Source of the DNA: Paraspadella gotoi
Lineage: Eukaryota; Animalia; Chaetognatha
Length of the DNA stretch: 64,000 nt
Assembly (NCBI GenBank): GCA_051294375.1
Contig: CM119267.1
Coordinates: forward strand, 21,825,486 to 21,889,485
Direction: 5' to 3'
The notes beneath the pieces were generated by a model. That model was not told the DNA's origin. It saw only the letters and a program-made list of their open reading frames with translations, and ran no database searches. Position 1 is the stretch's first letter. The number at the start of each line of letters is the position of its first letter. Shown here piece by piece: positions 60,076-64,000 of the stretch. The translations under genes were made by a program, and so were the position numbers.

Positions 60076-61841
60076 AGGGTTATTATATAAAGAAAAGGAC
60101 GGTATTATATATGAGGAAAAGAAGAGAGGTGAATTAACATAGAGAAATGCGATAAGTATATGAGAATGAAAGATAGGAATTATCCCGAGAGAACGGAGAG
60201 TGTCTGAGATTGAAGTTATGAGAGGATGTAAAGAAGTAAAAATGAAAGGATGGTTAAGTGAATGAGTAAGTAAAAAGTAGAAGGTGAATATTGGAGTGGA
60301 GTTAAAGAGCGTATGAGACAGTAAGAGCTACAGAAGTAATAAGAATCAAGGCCTGTTGTCAACTAGGAAGAGACTTGATAAGACGAGTAGAGAGGACATA
60401 GAGAGAGACCTAGCATCAGGATAATTGAACTGCGGTTTTTAGAATCGTGTCACTCGATCTAATAAGCGAAGCATTCTCTCCAGAAAAACCACAGATTTTC
60501 AAGTTAACAATGTTTTCTACTTCAGAATCACGCGGTAAATCTGGGCAAAACTTTACTTCATATAATAAATATATTATTTTTTTTTAAAAATGTCACTGTG
60601 GTTGTGGGCTGCGACCGTCGTTACGCGACCAAATTGACTTCTGCTCATGTCCGAAATATTACGCCAAGTCGGTCCTACCACCCATGTGGTTCCAGAGTAA
60701 CTAGGTATCGCAGAGTCATGTACTGATTTGTCGTTGAGTATTCAGATTGTGAGACATTAAATAGCAGAGAGCTGTTTTTTGGCTAATTTGCTGAATTTCG
60801 TTAAATTGTTATCTAAACATGCCGTTAGCAGTAACATTTCAATCTCAAAGATTTTTTTTTCTACAATATAATCAAACATATGAAACCTAATTTTAGGCAT
60901 CCGTTAAAAGCTTGATGTCGTTTTTCACAGGTTGACTGGCATTTTGAATTGGGGATAACGAATTCAACGAATCAGTTAATTGATAATCAAAATAATTTCG
61001 TCTTTCTCAGTGAATGGAGAAATCTCCACTCATAATCGTCTAACATTTTTCACAGGCTATTCACTACTAAAAAAAGACATAAAAGTCAGAGCCACCCAGA
61101 TACAGTTCACTTTCACAAGAGTTTCATCCTTTCGGTTGCTGGTGACTTGTCTCTTAACTTGTTACGCCGGCGCGTACACTCCATGGATTCTTGGGCTGAT
61201 TCTTTCAATTCTAAAATTGCCGATCATGTGTTTATGGTTATGTGTTTACGTCTGAGATGGTTTTGTTTCCTTACTTAAAGGCCCGGCTTTTGCTAGCAGC
61301 TTCACACCTTCTTCACGCTCCATCGTCATCCTTTACAGCAACTTCGACAGCAGCATCGTCTCGATCATTATTTTCTCCATTCATGTGCGTTACGAAATCT
61401 TCAAACGGAATTCGACTCCTCGTTCATACGTCAGTTGACGCTCAGCTTCATTTCGATTATCGCTCGAGTCCGTCGTCGTCGTTCCTTCATTTTTTGTCTC
61501 GTCGTCGTTCGTCGCGTTTGTCAAAACGCGAGCGATCTCTTTAAAAAAATAAAAAAAAAATATCCCTCTTTGTCGGCTATCGAAGTTCTTTCCGCCTTAA
61601 AATCACCCATTTTCTTTTTCTTTTTTCCTTTTTTTCTTTCTTTTAAATCACCCTATAATCTTTTTTTTTTATCATCACCGATTGCTAAAAACCGCCATTT
61701 TCTCTCCCTCACGCATTCACCTCTTTCCTCACCCTGCCCCCTAGTCCACCCCCACTTGACTTTTCTTTTTTTCTTTCTCTCTCTCTCTCCTCTCATCGCG
61801 AATTCGCGTCTTTTTCTTTTTTTTCTTGCTCAAGCAATTCG

Positions 61842-62095
61842 ACAATATTTTCCAAAGTCACGCCCGGTTTATCTTAAAATTCGGAAATAAGCGTTAATTT
61901 CTTTGTTAAGGGATTAGGTCAGAGGTTAATTTATCAAGGATTAGGTTGCGGGAATTAGGTTAGTGATTAAGGACTGGGTTTGTGATTAGGGTTTGGGACC
62001 AGTGTTTAGGGTTAATAGTTAGAGATGAAGTGTTAGGTTTGGTTTATAAGTCAAAAAATATTTAAATTTAATATTAAGTTTGAAGGATTTTACCC
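61842..62095 (-). mobile_element. MITE family T, degenerate copy
   Basis: TATTTTCCAAAGTCACGCCC..AAATTCGGAA followed by TTAGG-like repeats. Second terminus not clear. Confidence 0.5.
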
Positions 62096-62229
62096 GTAAC
62101 CGCCGTGAGCGAGCTAGTGTTTTTCTGGACTTGCTATTTAATTTATTAAAGATTCGAAGAAATGTAAATTTAGTAAATTTTATTGTTACGTAGACATTAA
62201 CATGAGCGTGAGACGTGAAGCAGTAGAGG

Positions 62230-62378
62230 GAGACAATAAAGCAAGGTCGAAGCGGAGACCAAAGCAAGTTCGAAAGGCGAGACAAATAAAGCAAGTCGAA
62301 GGGAGACATTAAAGCTAAGTCGAAGGGAGACATAAATGCAAGTCGAAGGAGAACATAAAGCAAGGTCGAAAGGGAGAG
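62230..62378. repeat. ~24-nt tandem repeat, about 6 units
   Basis: GAGACAATAAAGCAAGGTCGAAG-like units. Confidence 0.8.
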
Positions 62379-63299
62379 CTATTTCTAAAAGATACAAAAA
62401 AAAAGAACGTTTATTCAAAAATAGATCAACTTTAAGCTTAACGCATAAAATTACAAATATTGCAATTTAAATGCTTACCGACTGTCACGAATCATTTGGT
62501 AAACTATGATCCTCTTAGTTTAGGCTAAGCACATCTCTTTCTATATGCTTTTGTTAAGTACATCATAGGACTAACCAATCATAGAGAGCGATTTTAAAAT
62601 ACTGATCAATCAGATAACTCGTCGTAGAGCAACAAAATACGAATTCAATATAATAAAAAAGGGCCTCAATCACAACGGAGAGACCTATCTCGCTAACAAA
62701 TAAAAATTTAACTAGCAATCGCCCCATCTATCGATCAGATATATAACAATTAAATTTTTATAAGATACGAGGGCAACTTAGAGTACTTATAATACGTCTT
62801 TAAAAATGATAGAACTTAAATATCATAAACAATTATTATAAGTTCAACAGTAAAGCGATCAGGCAATCGCAAGTAAGGTAACTACTTTATTTAAAATCAT
62901 ATAAGACAAAATTTATGTTATAAGATTTAAGGAACCAAAAAACATTTTTTTTTTATGAAATAGTTCATTTACAATTTCGTCCACTTTTAATCAAAGAGTG
63001 CTGATAGGCGTCGTCTTTAATGGCAGATACAGGATCAGGTTACCCCCTCCATCGTCAAAAGAACAGCTCGGTCATTGCTAGTTAGTGAGACAGAAAAAGT
63101 AATAAGAGATAAGTCCTACCATATCTTTGCATGCCGGCCAATAGATCTTTTTACTGGATAAAATGCACCAAGTAAACATATGCAAGCACTTTGGAAGTTT
63201 TTTCCCAGAGTGGAAGATTTGCACTTGATGGAAAATCATTTAGAATTGCATGGATTCCTTGATATTGTAAAGACCTGAATCGCACAAAGCAACAAATCA

Positions 63300-64000
63300 A
63301 GTAGAATAGGTGCGTAAGATAGAGCTGCAGAAGCTATTCTCAATTTAGGCCATTCAGTCTTTTCAGCTGTAATAGATAATCTGGTCCATTGTGTAAAAAC
63401 TGCCCAGAATTTCTGATCATCAACAGCAAAGCTTTGTTGAAAAAAAGATCAACTTTTGGGCTTTTTCTTTTGTAGGAAATAGACAAGCTAAAAATTGTAT
63501 GGCATTGAAAAATGGACATGAAAAATGAAACTTTAATATTTCCATTATCTTTTAATCTTTCATATGCAGCAACCCTATAAACTTTCCATAGATGCATCCA
63601 CTAGACATGTGCAATTCTTTGGAGATGATTTCTTTCATGTTCTTTGGAGGAGAGTTTCCTCAAGATGAATAATGATTTTTCAAATCTGCTTGGTTTTCTT
63701 CCTCTGAGATTATATCATCCCTTTCCCATTTTATTTGAGCCACAAAAAATTTGAACTTGTGTCTAGCAATGCAGTATGAAGGGTGCCTGGTGAAGCTTAA
63801 TGGATCAAAATGGAAGCTGTTGAACAAACGGCTTTTCTTCTGGTTAGAATGTTTTTCCCTCTTAAAATAGCTTAATTTTAAACCAAAACAACCAGTCATA
63901 AACATTCAGAAATTATACTCCAAGCTTTTCCAGATGGGATTTCTTCCAAATCAAAAAACTTATGGTTTTACTTGGTCATTTTATAGTGGGGATTTCAACA
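63300..64000 (-). pseudogene. Decayed hAT-superfamily transposase fragment, continuing beyond the window
   Basis: Across stops and frameshifts, in the expected order: FFDLEEIPSGKAWSIISECL, YCIARHKFKFFVAQ (CxxH-like), LKNHYSS*GNSPPKNMKE, LQRIAHV*W (RW-like). Confidence 0.45.

Noticed and set aside
58243-60142. Several 170-415-aa G/E/R/K- or P/F/S/L-rich ORFs
   Set aside because: Products of the G-rich minisatellite, open on both strands.

Overview
Eukaryotic, probably invertebrate animal, draft-assembly DNA. It is AT-rich, has many N gaps, is dense in microsatellites ((GA)n, (TCG)n, (GAT)n, (GAAT)n) and shows no obvious CpG depletion. Almost every ORF in the supplied track is a microsatellite or gap artefact. 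The well-supported content is: (1) an intron-containing tRNA-Tyr(GTA) at 24462-24548 (-); (2) a hand-spliced, phase-consistent 6-exon gene at 52490-56597 (+) for a ~391-aa divergent SPOP-like MATH-BTB protein; (3) inside intron 1 of that gene, a Penelope-like insertion with ~520-bp inverted arms, each carrying a minimal hammerhead-ribozyme core, so the pre-mRNA should fold into a long dsRNA hairpin containing a sense-strand hammerhead motif (the most interesting signal here); (4) several non-autonomous mobile families: a foldback-like element in two copies, Helentron/DINE-like elements, a MITE filled with telomere-like repeats, pogo- and hAT-type MITEs, and an unclassified ~200-bp dispersed repeat; (5) a decayed hAT-like transposase at the right edge. 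The first 50 kb look like intergenic or large-intron sequence with GC-rich islands, isolated candidate exons, a perfect 33-bp hairpin and clustered GGCGCC motifs. All calls were made by eye with no database searches.
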